Origin: Cenococcum geophilum
Lineage: Eukaryota
Direction: 5' to 3'
Length of the DNA stretch: 64,000 nucleotides
Assembly: GCA_050273025.1 (NCBI GenBank)
Contig: CP158635.1
Location: 25,482,001-25,546,000 of the forward strand
Below, one piece after another: positions 9,443-24,400 of this stretch. The translations under genes and the position numbers were made by a program. The stretch's first letter is position 1. Each line of letters begins with the position of its first letter. The notes under the pieces were generated by a model that saw nothing but the letters and a program-made list of their open reading frames with translations, ran no database searches and had not been told where the DNA came from.

Positions 9443-12400
9443 TGTTGGTTACACAAGGTGATATTACGTAGCTACGGTTCGTAGATAGTATAATGGTTAT
9501 TATTCTTGTTTTTAATTCTTGAAGAAAGGGGTAAGGAACTTAAGGTTCCTCACCACGCTAGTGCCGCGGCGGCACGTGACGGCAACTTGCCGTACGTAAC
9601 GGCAACTTGCTATATATGGTGGCAATATGCCTTATATAGTAACCACTTGCCTTTATTCCTAACACTAGTAACTCTTTTTTTATAGTTGCTATCTATATAT
9701 ATATACCGCTTAACTAGCGTAATAAATATTAATCCTCCTTACTTACTATTGCCATTGCAATATAAGTCTCGCTTTTTAAAATTTGCCTCTTAGCACGTAG
9801 TGCTTTCTTACTTAGGAGTTATAGGTAGATATTGTGTTCAAAGGGCCGCTAAGGCGCTAGTAGTAAGCGAGCTAATAGCGATTTTCCATCTTAGGGATGG
9901 AAAATCCTAATTAGCTAGATTAAGTCAGGCTCCCCCTCTAAAAAAAGTCTTGGTAAGAGAATCTGACTAATTAGATAACTTTAACTACCAGTTAAAGTTC
10001 CTGGACATCTTAAGACCTTATATAACTAAGAAATTTCTAGGGACTCCCTTTTAACCTAACCTTTAACTTATATACGCAGAGTATTTATATTAATGAACGT
10101 CTCTAGTGCCTTATTTAGGTTCGCCTTAATTATTACATCTACCGGGTTATTTTGGCTATTAATCTATCGAATCTTAAAGAGTTTTTAACGCTTATAGGAT
10201 TGCTAAAGTACCATAATATTAATTATAAGGCGCTTCTCTTTTGTAGTACTAAGCTTAACTAAACACTTATAGAGGGAATATAAGTCGGTGCATATGATTA
10301 TAGGGATAATAGAAAGTTTAAGTTAATCTATAATTATCTTTAGGGTAGTTCCAATTGCAATTGCTATATTAACTCCGCCAACCATTCTATATATCTCTAA
10401 TGCTAAAACACTTCGGGTAACGCGCTTGCTTTTAGTTAAGCTCTAATAAATAAGATTGCTATAGATTATAAAGTTATTCTCTCTAGTAAATTCGTTTGCG
10501 ATAATAATCTTATATTCTAACTAGGAACTAAAATCTTTATTATTTATAAATAATCCATTAATAAATATAAAGAGCTTGGTGGTAGGAAGATTAATAGGCA
10601 TATAGAGTAGTCCCCGATTAAGATGGTTTATTTGCTAAAAAAGATATTTATTTAGGGCAAGAACGTTATCCTTAGTTAGTTCCTAGTATTAGGCGGTAAT
10701 GGAGAGATTAAATAAAGCTTTAGGTTGATAGATAGAAGCAATATAAGCTCCGCAAGCGCGTTGCTCCACATATCCTTACTTTAGGGAATTAACGTTAATA
10801 ACGTTAATCTTCTTACCTTAACCCTTCTGGCGTAAAGCAATAGAATCCTTATTTAGGGAGAGGATATATCTATTAAAGAGTAATAGTGTTATTAAATTAA
10901 GTTTTTCTTTTGGCTTTGCTATAAGATTTACCTTTACTAGCTTATCTTCTTTAAGAGCTGAGAATTAGTCGTCCCCTAAGATAATTATATTGTTAGTTTA
11001 TATACCAACGATTCTAAATAGAGTTCCTATGGTTATAATAAGGAAGCAGGAATTAAATATAGAAGTAGTTATTAAAAGCTTCTCTTTATGGTGCTTGCTA
11101 TAGGTAGCCTACTAGTAAGTTCCTACCTCTATAATTCTATATAATGGCTTAAGCATAACTATAATCGTATCTTTAGGATACTGGTGGCGAATTTACTCCA
11201 GAAGGTATGCTAATATTAAGCGCTAAAGGTGCGTCTCTAATTGGGTGTAGGCTTAAGTAATATCTTATAAATAAACCGCCATTCTATTCTTTATTAAGGA
11301 GGGAGCTAGCGTAATAATAACTCGCTAACTAGCTCGTTAAATTGTAGGAGATTGCGTAAGAATTACCTCCTTGCTATTATTGTTATAACCTTAGATAATA
11401 AGCCTTAATTTCTTAAATAGGGCGTTAGTAGCTTTGCCTTTAATCTTATTAACTATTTTTAACTTAAAGATACGAACTTTATCGAACTTAGTAGGGTTAT
11501 ACTTCTTAAATTTAAAGACTCCTCTTATAATAAGACTGTTGATCTTTTGCTTATTAGATGCTTAGAAAGGAGCTCCTAGGGTTATAATACGACCTTCCTT
11601 TTAGAGCTGTTTTACGAGCTTAAAGTTAGCCTTCTCTTTAGCTGTTATAAAGGCCATTAATAACTTAACTCTATTCTTAATGGCGGCAACAAATTGTTCT
11701 TTAAAATTAATAAGATGTTAGCGATTTTGTAATCCCTTTAGGCGACCTCTACCGCGTCGTGGTTATGGCATATCTACTATAATTATATTAGGATTATAGT
11801 TGTCTTCTAAAGCACGTTAATTATGGTTCTCTTCTAGAGTATCTTCTAGGGCATCCTGTAAAGGCTTAGAATTGTTATCTTTATAGTAAGGCTTAATAAT
11901 AGTTAAACGGAATTAAGTAGGTCTATAAGGCATCTAAATAGTATAAGTTTAACTATTAATTATAATAAGTTAATATAGGCCTAACCATCCTCCCTTTTTA
12001 CGCTATACGCGTACTTTAAACTAAAGTGGCAGATCGAGCGTAGTTAAGGTGTTTGGGCCATTTCTTATTCCTAGTGCGTTATTAACCTAGCGTATAGCGT
12101 AGAGACGTCGTACCTCCTTTATTACCTTGCGAATAGCCTTAGCTCGTTATACAATAGAGGGAGATAGTAAAAAATTATTAGTTATTTAAGGGTAGGCGCT
12201 AAGGACTAGCAATATAGGTATAAGTCCATCTGGGCCAGCGGAATTGTTAATAGCTTTAACAGCCATTTATAAGATAAGTTTTTTGGTAGCATCCTTTAGT
12301 TCTAAAGAGATAATCTTATATACGCGGCGTAATGGCGTGTAATATTGCTCTACTTTTCTAATACTATTATGCGCCTTAACGGGGACTTCCTTAACCTTAA

Positions 12401-15400
12401 TTGCTATTGCCTTTATCTATTATCGGAACTCTATAGATAAGAAGTTCTTTCCTATGTCGTGGATGATTTAATTAGGGGGTCCTAGGTAGATATTAATCTA
12501 GCATAACTAAAGGATATCCTATGCGTTCCTAGCTAATATATCCTTTAAGAATCGTGCGGCTTAGAAGGAGGTTAAGAAGTTAATAACTTAGAGTACTGGC
12601 TTACTGCTAAGATATATAACGTCGACGATAATATAGAAGTTAAAGTTATAGTTATCTTTAAGGGTAAACTTAAATCGGCTAGGGGACTTCTAGTTTATTT
12701 AGTAGTAATAGTAGTACTTTATAAGATGCTTAATTGCCTTAACCTCGACTTTATAGCCTGCTCGCTAAAGAACCCTAAGCAATTAATAAATGGATGGGTG
12801 GCTAAAATGATAGTGTAGTTGGCGTAATTCCGACTTAGTTAAGTGGCTTTAAGTAATACTCTTTTCTAGTTAATAAAGAAGCAATTGGGGGTAACCCTAC
12901 TTGCATATAATGGGTACCTAATTATCTCCCTAAATAAGTATATTCTTAAGGTTATTAAGCCTAACGCTTAATTTATCTATATCTTTAATGTAAAATAGAA
13001 ATGGAGTGTTTATAGGAATAATATGGAAAGTAATGTATCCTAAGGGGGTTTAGACCCTAATTGTGCCGAGAGAGATTATAGTACCCTTACTAAAATAAAT
13101 CGTATATTAGCCTGCCGTTAAATAGTTAATCTAAATAGAGTTATTAAGCTACTAAAGGGCTCGAACTTGAGGTTCTTCTACTATAGATACTCCTGCGGCT
13201 CCAGTATCCGGCATAATACTATAGAAGACGTTCGCCGAGTATCTATCGTTGAAGGAAAACGCAGAGCTCTCCTTTGGCTTATTAAAGATATCTAACTTCG
13301 TAATAGAATAGAGCGTAGATTAGTTATTAAGAACAGCGACGGTTTATATACTATTTACCTCACCATACTTAGTAAAGTATTGGTTAGGTAAGTAGTCCTT
13401 AATTTCTATATCTATAAGGAGCTGTTTAGTCTTATTAACCTTACCCTTAAGATCTTCTACGCCTTTATATTAAACTAGGAAGCTTTAAAAGTAGGCTGTA
13501 GTGACCTTGTAATTTCTAACATTTCTTATACTCTAACGGAACTTGTTATATACTTCCTTTCGCTTATTAAGGGAGTATCTAGTTAACTAGCAATTTGGCT
13601 TCTTATAAACGTAGCACTTCTTTTAGTAATTATTTTAAAGTGAACCTCTATAAGGACCTCCATAATTACCTTATAGTTAACATTAATTATACCCTCTTCC
13701 GTATTCCCTACTACAGCTACTATATATTTGATTAGTCTAGTTGTAATTATATTGGTCGGGAATACTTAGTTAGGTAGGGTTTTCGGTATAGAACTATTAA
13801 GATTCTTATATTTGTATTATAGTACCTATAGCAAAGCGTAGCTTAGTATATACTCCTTTAAATGTATCCGCAGGTTTATATAGCGCTAAGTTATACTTAG
13901 GAACGCTATAGCATGCTAAGATAACCTAGTCCCTTAGGCTATTTTTATTTTAGTAAGTTTCGGTAAGGCTATATTAGATTTTCTAGAGTTTATTAAAGAG
14001 TAGTTAAAGGCACTCTAAATAAGTCTTTATTAGGTTAGAAGCAATAACTCTTTAAAATATAGTCTTCTACTATTCAGATATATAAAGCTGGCGATTCTTA
14101 TTAGTCTTAAAGTGGGTTCTAGTAAGCTAAAGCATTATATTAAAGCTATAGTTTTTACCCGTAATATAGTCGTAATAGAATGTTACTGCCCGTCCCTTTA
14201 ATATAATGGAGAAAGCGTAGTAGTACTAGTGGCATTAAATTTTAACCTTATTGCAACAGTTATAGAAGACCTATAGTTTTACTCCAAGCATATTATATAA
14301 TTCTCCTCTAAACTTTTTCTCTTCGTCTAAATATACCTTTATTAGATTCGTAACTTCTTATAATAAAGGGTTACTAGTTGGCTAGAGTAGAGGAGCTAGA
14401 GGCGGTAGAGGTAAAGGATAAGTACCTCTAGGTAGGAAAGTACCTTTAGGTGGGAGAGTAGCGTTCTAGGGGTTTCGTTTTAAATTAAAGTTGCCTTTTA
14501 AAGAATATAAGTTAGTTCTAGGTTTCCGTAGTTAACATATAATCTTAGCTTTTATCTATACTAGTTCTTCTATACTAGTAATAACGGCCTAAATATTGCT
14601 AGTAATTAGGTTACCGTTCTTAGTAATATATACCCCGTTCCTATAGAGAAAGTCTTAAAAATTCTAAATAATATTAATATTGCTAAGTGCCTAGGTATTA
14701 GCAGTCCATCCTACGAAATCCTCCCTAAAATATTCCTATAGCTATATATTAGCGTAGTATCTACTTTAGTAGAATATAATACGGTATAGGAGAAAGCTAT
14801 TAACTTATTTTGCGGTATAAGTTATTATATTAAAGGTAAATTCGTTTTAATTTTTATTAATGAGTTTCGCGTACGAAGCTACCCCTAGTAGTAAGGAGTC
14901 TTCCCAGTTGTTTAAAGTAGGCGTAGCCATGTTTTTGGAGGGAGGGAAGTGTTATTAGTGTAGGGATTGTTGTTTGGTACGCGTTCGTGATGTATATTTG
15001 TTGTTTAGTACGCGTTCGTGACGTGTATTTGTGATTATAGGGCTTAGAACTAGTTCTGGCCTTAAATTGCGAAAACTTATAAAGCGTGTTATTCTGCGTA
15101 ATAGACGTAAGAATCCGTAATCTTAAAAAGGCTCAGGACTAGTTCTAGCCTTTAGATCTTTAGATTTATAGAAGAGTTCTATTTAAGGTTTAGGACCAGT
15201 TCTGACCTTAAAAGATAGCTTTCTTTAGCATAAGTAGCACTGGTACAGTAGCTTATCTCTTCTTGGTGGAATACCTAGCTGCTCTATAATATAACAGTAA
15301 AGTTAACTACTAATTAGTGTTGGTTACATAAGGTAATATCACGTAGCTACGGTTCGTAGATAGTATAATGGTTGTTATTCTTATTTTTAATTCTTAAAGA

Positions 15401-15539
15401 AAGGGGTAAGGAACTTAAGGTTCCTCACCACGCTAGTGCCACGGCGGTACGTGACGGCAACTTGCCGCACGTAACGGCAACTTGCTATACGTGGTGGCAA
15501 TATGCCTTATATAGTAACTACTTGCCTTTATTTCTAACA
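9443..15539 (-). mobile_element. Copia family B, full length, nested in the RNase H of A1
   Basis: 222-bp LTRs at 9443-9664 and 15318-15539 (TG...CA), TSD GTTAT. gag ATG near 14930; integrase, RT (KPLYGI.EAG) and RNase H (EKRL.I..NP.D..TK) motifs, all RIPped. Confidence 0.94.
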
Positions 15540-18404
15540 GTTATAAAGGGACTTTAAGTCGGTGTATAGGACTAAAGGTAGTTACTCTAATTATAGGATC
15601 TTCTGGATTATTAACTTAATTACGGCTGCTATATTAAAGCCATAAGCTAGTATATATAGTTTAGAAGCTAGTATACTACGGGTTACTTATTTACACTTAA
15701 TTAAAGACTAATATAGAATATTTACGTTCTAGTTATAGTCCGTAAGTACGATTACAAAGCTAATTTGCAATAATAGGTCCCTATTATTAGCGAAGGAGGC
15801 GTTTATAAATACTATTACGCTAAGGGAATTTAGGTCCAGTGGTACAAAAGTAAGTCCTCTTATCGCGTTATTAATTTGCCATTAAATGCGCTTATTAAGC
15901 TGCTTAATATTTTCTTCTTACGGATTTACTGCCTAGGCCGTAAAGGATAAGTTATAGGCAGATTTAGGTTAGCAGATTATAGCTATATAGGCGCCTCTTA
16001 CACGCTATATAGCGTATTGGTCCTTTATATTTACAGTTTTATAAGTTTCTTTATGGGAACTAGTAAGGTCCATAGGCTTTACTATAATAGGCTTTAGGTT
16101 TTAAGCTTGGCGTTCCTAAGTTAGCTAAATTAAATTGCCCTTTTATATAATTAAGCTTCCGTTAAACTTAATCGGAGTCTACTTAGTTAACTACTCTCGT
16201 GGCTTTACTAGGAACTTAGCTTCTTAAAGTTTAGTCTCTTTAGCGTCCGCAAAAGTCTAGTCTACTAAAAAGAGAGTATTATCTATTTAGAGTCTAATAA
16301 TACTAAGGCCGTTTAATAGGGTGTATAGAAGGCAGGGGTTATAGGTTAACTGCTCCATCCTAAGTTTACGGACGTGGTGCTAGTAGTACATCTTAAACTA
16401 ATAGTTTTTAGCTTCTAGTACTCTATAAAGTGGTTTTATAACCTATAAAATTATTCCTAGTTACAAATTAAGCTTAAGCGGTAGTCGTATAAAGATATCC
16501 CTACTTAGGTAGATATTAGACTGTATATAGGCTTATAAGATATCCCATAAGTAAAGGGCTATAGGTTTAGTTTGCTGTAGTCTAGGCGTAAGCGCAAGTA
16601 TAATCCGTTAACTGACCCATTAAATTATAGGTAATTGCGTAAGAGCTAAGTCCTTTTCCTAGTCATTATAAGCTTATATAACAAGCCTTAACTTTTTAAA
16701 GGCTTTGTTAGTACTAGGGTGCTTAATTTCGTTAATAAAGCGCGAGTTAAATATACGGGCGCCTTGCGGAACGTCTCTCTCCATTATAACCGCAAAGACG
16801 CCCTTTTCAAGTAGTTCGTTAATCTCTTTACGTCGTAAGTCCGTAAAAGGGGTTTCCTATATTAGAACTAATATATTCGCAAGCAGAGGTTACCTTATAG
16901 ATATATCTACGGAGGTTAGGTAATTTTCTATTGCGGGGTTCTTAGTTATAGGGTGCTTTTAGGGGCGTCCTTAACTACGCTTTACGGCAGGTTTAGTGGG
17001 TTTAGTAAGTTTATAGGGGACTTCTAGAGTAGGTAAAGGTGCTTTTAGTTTATTTAGTTTAACGGGTGCTTCTAGTTCATCTAGTTTAATATTATAGGTG
17101 TATTTAGGCCGAAAATAGGGTTTTACGGACGTGCTTCTAAAGCTAGTCGGTTTGCTAGGGAGTTACATATAGCATATTTCGTCTTCTACAGCTAGTAAAT
17201 AGTAAGGTCCAGTCTAATTGCCACTCTTACGCTATATAAGGACTTTAGAATTAAGCGGGAGGTTATATACTAAGGTTATATTAGGTCTATTACAGTAGTA
17301 TAAAGCGTTATTAACAGTTTATTTAGCCCGTAATTTAACTATTTCAGCCATTACCTTCTATATTACAGCTGCTCGATCTATAACAGACGGGGTAAAAGGG
17401 TTTAGTTTGCTTATCCTTAGGTAGGCTCTATAAACTAGGAGGGTAGGTACTAGTCCGTTAGGGCTAGCAGTATTATTAACGGCTTTTACAGCTATCTATA
17501 GAGCCAGTTCCTTTTAGATATTCTTACACTTATTTATAATAATCTAGTAAGCTCTCCATAAAGCTAAGTAAGCTCGCTTAATAAGTCTAATAGACTAGTA
17601 CGCCTTAACTAGGACAGCTTTTGTTAAAATAGCTATAGCCATAGCATACTATTGGAATTCCTTATTAATAAAGTTCCTACTAGCGTTATAGGTAATATAC
17701 TTAGGAGGTCTAAGGTATATATTAATCTAGCAGGTCCGTAAAATATCCTAAGTATATTTTATAGATATATTTTACAACTAACAGGCGGCTTAATAGTGGG
17801 TTACCTTGTCAATTATATATAATACTAGGCTACCGTTAATATACATAATATCTACGTACACTAAGTGGTTGAAATTAAGATCCTTATAAAGGGTGAACTT
17901 AAATTAGCCTAGGGAACGTCCGTATTTCTAGTAAAAGGAGCAGTATTTAGTTAGGTAGTTAATTACCTTCCTATTAACGTTATCGTGTCCAGAGTGTTTA
18001 AGGACTCTATATAGCTTTTCGGCTAACAGGTAGTTAAAACGGCGGTATAGGCGGTAGATTTTAGTATTAGTAAGGTAGTATAGGTTATAGTTAAAAGATT
18101 CCTAAATATAGGTTTATAAAGTCTCTCCCTATATAAGGAACGGGTGTCTAAATCATTGTATAATTAGTAGGGTAATATACTTACTTCCTAGGGCAGTTAC
18201 AGGGCTAATTAAGGTGTCTATAACGTTGTTATAGTAAATCTATAACCTGTCCATATCCGCAAGGCAGAGTAGGAAAAGTATATCCACTTTTACTATATAG
18301 AAGTCAACTAGGCTAATTAGAGTTTTAACTTTAACTAATCTAATTAATACGGTTAAGCCAATGCCGAATTAGACGTTTACGGCCTTAGTTTATATAGTAT
18401 CAAT

Positions 18405-21400
18405 TATAACGGAACCTTATAGCAGGAACTACGATAGGCTCGTTATTAGGCTAGGTGTATAGGTAATGCAAATTAAAGTTAACAACGAAATAATAACTGG
18501 CGGAGTGGTTGCCTAATAGATTAACTCTAATTATATTCTAAGAATTACTATAAGAAAGGAACTATCTAGGTAGGGACTAAGGGTCCCTAAATACACAACC
18601 GTACTCCTATAAAATCCTTCTTATACATAATATACGTATACTCTATCTACTCTATTACGGATTATATAGATCCTACAGATTATATAAATCACGTCATATA
18701 ACCTTAGTTACTATTCCTCGTTATATAGCTCTATCGGCTCTATCCTAAACTATACTTAAATTAACTAACTAGCTTCTTCTAACTCTTCTCTAAGTAGTTA
18801 TAATATTATACTTAAAGCGTTTATAACACTATCTCCCTCCTCTTTATCTTTGTCCTTAAAGATTCCTAATATTTCTAAATTGTTTACTAGAGGTATAATA
18901 TCTGTCTAATTAATTTAGTTAATATCGTTACTTATTATACCTAAAGCAATTTCTTCTTCTTTAACTACTTGTCGTATTCGCACTATTACTGCAATATTAT
19001 CTCTTAGTAAGATTATACCGTTTCTATATTCTCGCTATTTAAAAGAGGGGTTAGTTTATATTATATTAGCGAACCCATCTTCGCAACAACCGTCCTTTTA
19101 TTTAAAGTGCACTAAAGCAAATATTTATTCGTTCTATAACGTTTGCTTTATCTCTAATACTAAATATACGCAACCTATTGCTCTTAATAGTTATCTAGTT
19201 CCCTAATTAATTTATCTTAGGGTCTTATATTTAATTTACTACTACACGGCTAGATAATAAACTGTCTATTACCTTAGTAGAGTTACGCCGTTCTTATAAC
19301 GTAGAATAGAAGGCTACTAATACTTAGTAATAGGCTCTTAAGTCTCGTCTTATGGCGTCCGCTTAGTTAATCCGTCTTAAGAAGGTTTATAAAAAGGTTT
19401 ATTTTAAAGAGTAGAAACTTATAAAATAGGGTCTATAGGAACTTAGTAATAAAAAAACGGATTCTTTTTTAATAGAAAATAAAATAAATCTAAGTAGTTC
19501 AGCAACTACTCTTCTTAGGTCCCCCTTAGGTAACTTATTCTTTAGTAATCCTTCTTTATTAATACTACCTAACCTAATCTCTTCTAATACTCCTATACCT
19601 TTCCTATAGCGTTCTTTAAATTTTCTAGTGGTTTCTAGGTAGTCTTAGTATAGCCTATCTACTTAACCTTATACTATATTTTATTGTTAATATCCTTGTA
19701 ACTAATAATCTTTAAAACTTACTATTTATCTTCTTCCTATCCTCTATATATATCTACTTTATAAACTAGTGGCTTAATATTCCTATATACTAGCTCTAGT
19801 ATTATAATATACTATATAGGGTAGATCTTTATCTTAGCTAGTAGGTCCAAGTTAAATATAACTAGTGAAATTCTTTATATAATTTCAAAAGGTCCTAGTC
19901 TAACATAGTCTAACTTCTTACTTAGTTATTAACTCTTAAAATTTTTATATAGTAGCTATACTTTATCTCCCTCTTTAAGATCTAGTCCCTTAGATCTCTT
20001 AACATTATAGTACCTTTTTATTCTCTCTTATACTTTCTTTACTAATTCTATAAGGTCTATATAAAGATTTATTAACGTCTTTATTTTTTCTTTAGCTATG
20101 CTACTCGTTTTCTTCGCTTATTATAGTAACAATAATATTCTTAGCTTATATCTATAATTTGCCTTAAATAGTAATATACCTATACCTTCCTATAGTATTG
20201 CATTGTATATAAACTATATAACTAGTAATAGCAATACCTAATTATTCTATATATAATTAACATAATGCCTTAGATACTATTCTAGCGTTTAATTTAATCT
20301 TTCTGTTTAACTATCTATCTGCGGATAATATATAGTAGAAGTTACTACTCTAACTTTTTATTCCGCTAAGAATACCTTTTAAAATGCTGCTATAAATCTT
20401 AGATCTCTATCTAATATAATTTTACTTAGTACTCCGTGTTTTATAAACACTTCCTTAATATAAATTCTAGTAACATCTTCTGCTAATATTTCTTCTATAT
20501 ATGCTATAAAGTATCCCTACTTTATAAGCTTATCTACTATTACTAAGATTACGTTATAATCTTATCCGGTAATAGGATCTTTTAACTTTAGTAACTTAAT
20601 AATAAAGTCCTATAATATAACCTCCCATAGTCTTTCTAGTATTTTAATAGGTTATAGCCCTCCGTATAGCTTATACCTTATTAGTTTATTTCTTTAACAA
20701 TCTAGATACTCCCTTATAACTTTTTATATTAAGCCCTAGATTCCGTCAATAATATATTCTTCTTAAAGTCTTAACACTAAGCCCGTAGCTCTATTATATC
20801 TTTAAGTTATTCCTTTATAGAAATCTTCCGTAAAATGCTCTGCTATACTTTTTAGGATATACTTTACTTCTTAATTTTTATATATATCTATCTATAGATC
20901 TTCTAGCTATGCCTCTAGAATTCTTTATACCTAAAAGCTCTCTAGTAACTTATAAACTCTCTTTAGTTCCTCCTAAGTTACTATAATTTTTAGATAATTA
21001 TACCTAATTAATCCGTCTATATCCTTTTACAGTAAAGCCCCTAATAACTTTTTATTATTTTATAGTTCAGCTTTTTAACTTAGAGCGTCTACTCGCATAT
21101 TATCTATACCCTTAGTATACTAAATCTTAAAATAGTATTCTATAAGTATCTCTGCCTATTTAACCTATCTTTAGTTAAGTTCCTTTATTATTAGAAATCC
21201 TATTAAGTTCTTATAATCCGTTTTAATTATAAATAGTTTTTCTATACCTTATAAGAACGCTCTTTATTTCTTTAATACTATAACTATACCTAATAACTCC
21301 TTATTATAGATATTATAGTTTAACTCCAGTAGTATTATCTTCCAACTATAGTATACTACTAGGTGCTATCTATTTTAATATTTTTATATAAAGCATGCCC

Positions 21401-24400
21401 CTAGTGCAAAGTCTAATATATTTATTTTTACAACCGTTTTTAGTCCTAGTTAATAGATCTTAAGAACTGGCTCCTAGGTAAACAATTCTTTAACCTTTTT
21501 AAATAACTCTTACTACTCTTTTCCCTATACCCATAGTTCTTCTTTCTTTGTTAATTGTATAAATAGTTTAATATCCTTTAACCATTACGCTATAAACCTT
21601 CTATAGTAATTGTAAACCCCTAAAAACGATCTTAACTGCGTAATATTCTCTAGTTCCTACTAATTCACTATAGCCTTAATCTTTTTTAAATCTATACTAA
21701 GTTAGCCTAGTTTAATAATAAATCTAACAAAATCAGTCTTCCTAGTAAAGAACTCGCATTTCTTAATTGCTACTAGCATCTATTCTTCTTATAGTCTCTT
21801 TAAGACCCATTTAACGTATTCTCCGTACTCTTCCTCTATTATTAAGTAGATAATAATATTGTTAAGGTATACTATAATAAATTTATCTAAGTATTTTTCT
21901 AATATATTGTTAATACGCTTTTAAAACATTACTAGTACGTTTATAAGCCTAAATTATATAACTAATAGCTTATATAGTCCTTCTTTTGACCTAAAGGCTG
22001 CCTTCTATTTATCGCCTTCCTTAATCCTAATCTAATAGTACACCTATCTTAGATTTATCTTCGTAAAGATTTGCGCGTTACCTATCCTATCTTAGATTTT
22101 GCTAATTAAGGGTAAAGGATACCTATCCTTCTGAGTGATGCTATTTAACTACCTATAGTTAATACATAACCTAAGTTTTCCGTTTTTCTTTAGTATAAAT
22201 AATACTAGATAACCTACTAATAACTATAATAGTCTAATATATCCCTTCCGTAAGTTTTCCTAAACAAACTCTTTAAGTGCTCTTAACTCCTCTTTAGTAA
22301 GTTTATAGGTTAGGAAGAACCTTAGACTTATTCCTAGTTCTAACTCTATCTTATAGTCCTATACTATATAATCTAACAGCTTTTTACTCTCTAGTGACTA
22401 TAGCTTCTTACCGTACTTATAGTATCTTTTTAGTATATAACTTAATCCTTTCTCTATTTCTTTATAGGTTGCTCCTACTTAGTACCATACTAATTTAGCT
22501 TATTATCGCATCTTATAGCATTAGGTATCCCTAATATCGACCTGACCTATAATCTAATTAATCTTTAAATTATATTCCTATAACTAAGGCATTCCTAATA
22601 TTGCCTTATTATTTCCTAATAGTAATATATTAAAAGACATCTTAATCTATCTCCCTTTAATAGTTAACTAAATAGGTCCTATTTTAAGATTAATAATACC
22701 TCCTCTATAGGCTATTAGATCTCCTAAAATCGTAACTAATAGGTAAGGGTACTCCTTCTTTCTATAAGGTAATCCCATTCTCTTAACTGCTACTAGTAAG
22801 ATATAGTTTCGCGTTACTCCACTATCTATTAGCGCTTTAAACTATTAATCTTACTATTTAACTTATAAATTTAGGTATTGTCCTTAAATTCCTTTAAGGG
22901 TTTAAGGCTCTACTACTAGTTCCCTCTAGTCCTATAGGCCTCCACTTTTCCTAACTATTAGCTACTTAATCCTATTACGCTTAGCTTATTCTTTAGCCAA
23001 TACCTAGTTCACTTTTTGTCTTCTATATACCATAAATACATATTCTCTAGGCATTCCCACTACTATTATCTATCTAAGCATTCTTCTATAAGGAATCTTC
23101 CTAGTTAAAGTATTAAATCCCCTAATTCTTAGACTTCTACTAGGTGCCAACTATATATATACTTAGTATTTCTATATTTCGCCTTATCTAATAACTAATA
23201 CATCCTTACTAGGTACATTTAGTTCTTATCTTTTAGTGCTCTATACATATTACACGCATTATCTATATATATAATCTATGCCAACGTATAATATGCTTAG
23301 TGTTTTAGATTAACTCTTAGTTCGTCTTCATCCTTAAGTTTAAACCTTTCTTATATTAATTTAAACGTTACGACTTTATTTACAGGTACTATAATTTACC
23401 TCTCGCTTCTCTAGTCCTCTAATTACTCCTTTAGATCTTTTAATATTATAATTAAGGCTCCTTTAATATAACTTATAGCCTTTTCTATAATTAGGTAGTC
23501 TTAAATAACTTTTTTATCTAACCACATATAGAAATCTTCCCACTCGTCATTATATTGTTATCTATACCACTTTTAATATAGCCCTTTAAGTGTATATAGC
23601 TTATCCATAAGGAAGTATCTTCTTATTACTGTGTCGTAATAGCCTTTAGTATGTCGTTCTTTAAACCTAATAGGAATCCCTAAATCCTCTTCATTTTCTA
23701 GTTTAGTAAGCTACTTGGCTCTTAGTATACCTGCCCTAGACCTATTAGTAATTCTTTATACTAGTGCTCTGTCCCTTATACGTCCTAATATACTAGATCT
23801 TTTATCTAGTTTCTATTCTTACTATACGATAATTCTTTACCTAAACTCTTTTATAGTTTCTTTTAGTTTACGTCTTATAGATAGATTCTTAAAGTCTTTT
23901 TACTTCTTAATATTAGTATTAATTCTTTAATCTTTAGGCCGAATACTATATTCTCCTAGTAAGTCTTCTAGGTCTATATATCTGTCTTTTAGTTTAACTA
24001 CTATTTATACTACAGATTCTCTAATCTATAAAGAAGCCTCTTACCTTTTACTTACGGGTGTCCTTATTCATACTCCGAATTTTTAGTCCCTTAGATTCTT
24101 TAATCCTAAGCTTACTTCCATTTTAAGCTTTACTCCTACCTTAGTCTAACTAAGCTTAGGTATTCTTATCTCTTCTTAAAAGTCTTAAATCTTACTTATT
24201 TTATCTTAAGAGTCTTATACCTATAGGAAACTCTATCCTAAGCTTATTCGTATATCTTTAAACTAAGCTACTACCCTACTCTATCGGTTTCTATCCATTA
24301 TAGGTCCTTAGGTGTACCTCATCTCTTTTTAAAAGTCTTAGTCGTCTCTTATCTCATCTTAAGAATCTTAAGCCTTTAGCCTTTTACCTTTATTAAGTAC

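Noticed and set aside
9840..10000. Hammerhead ribozyme
   Set aside because: ctaatag cannot be restored to CTGANGA by reversing RIP transitions, and no properly placed GAAA core was found.
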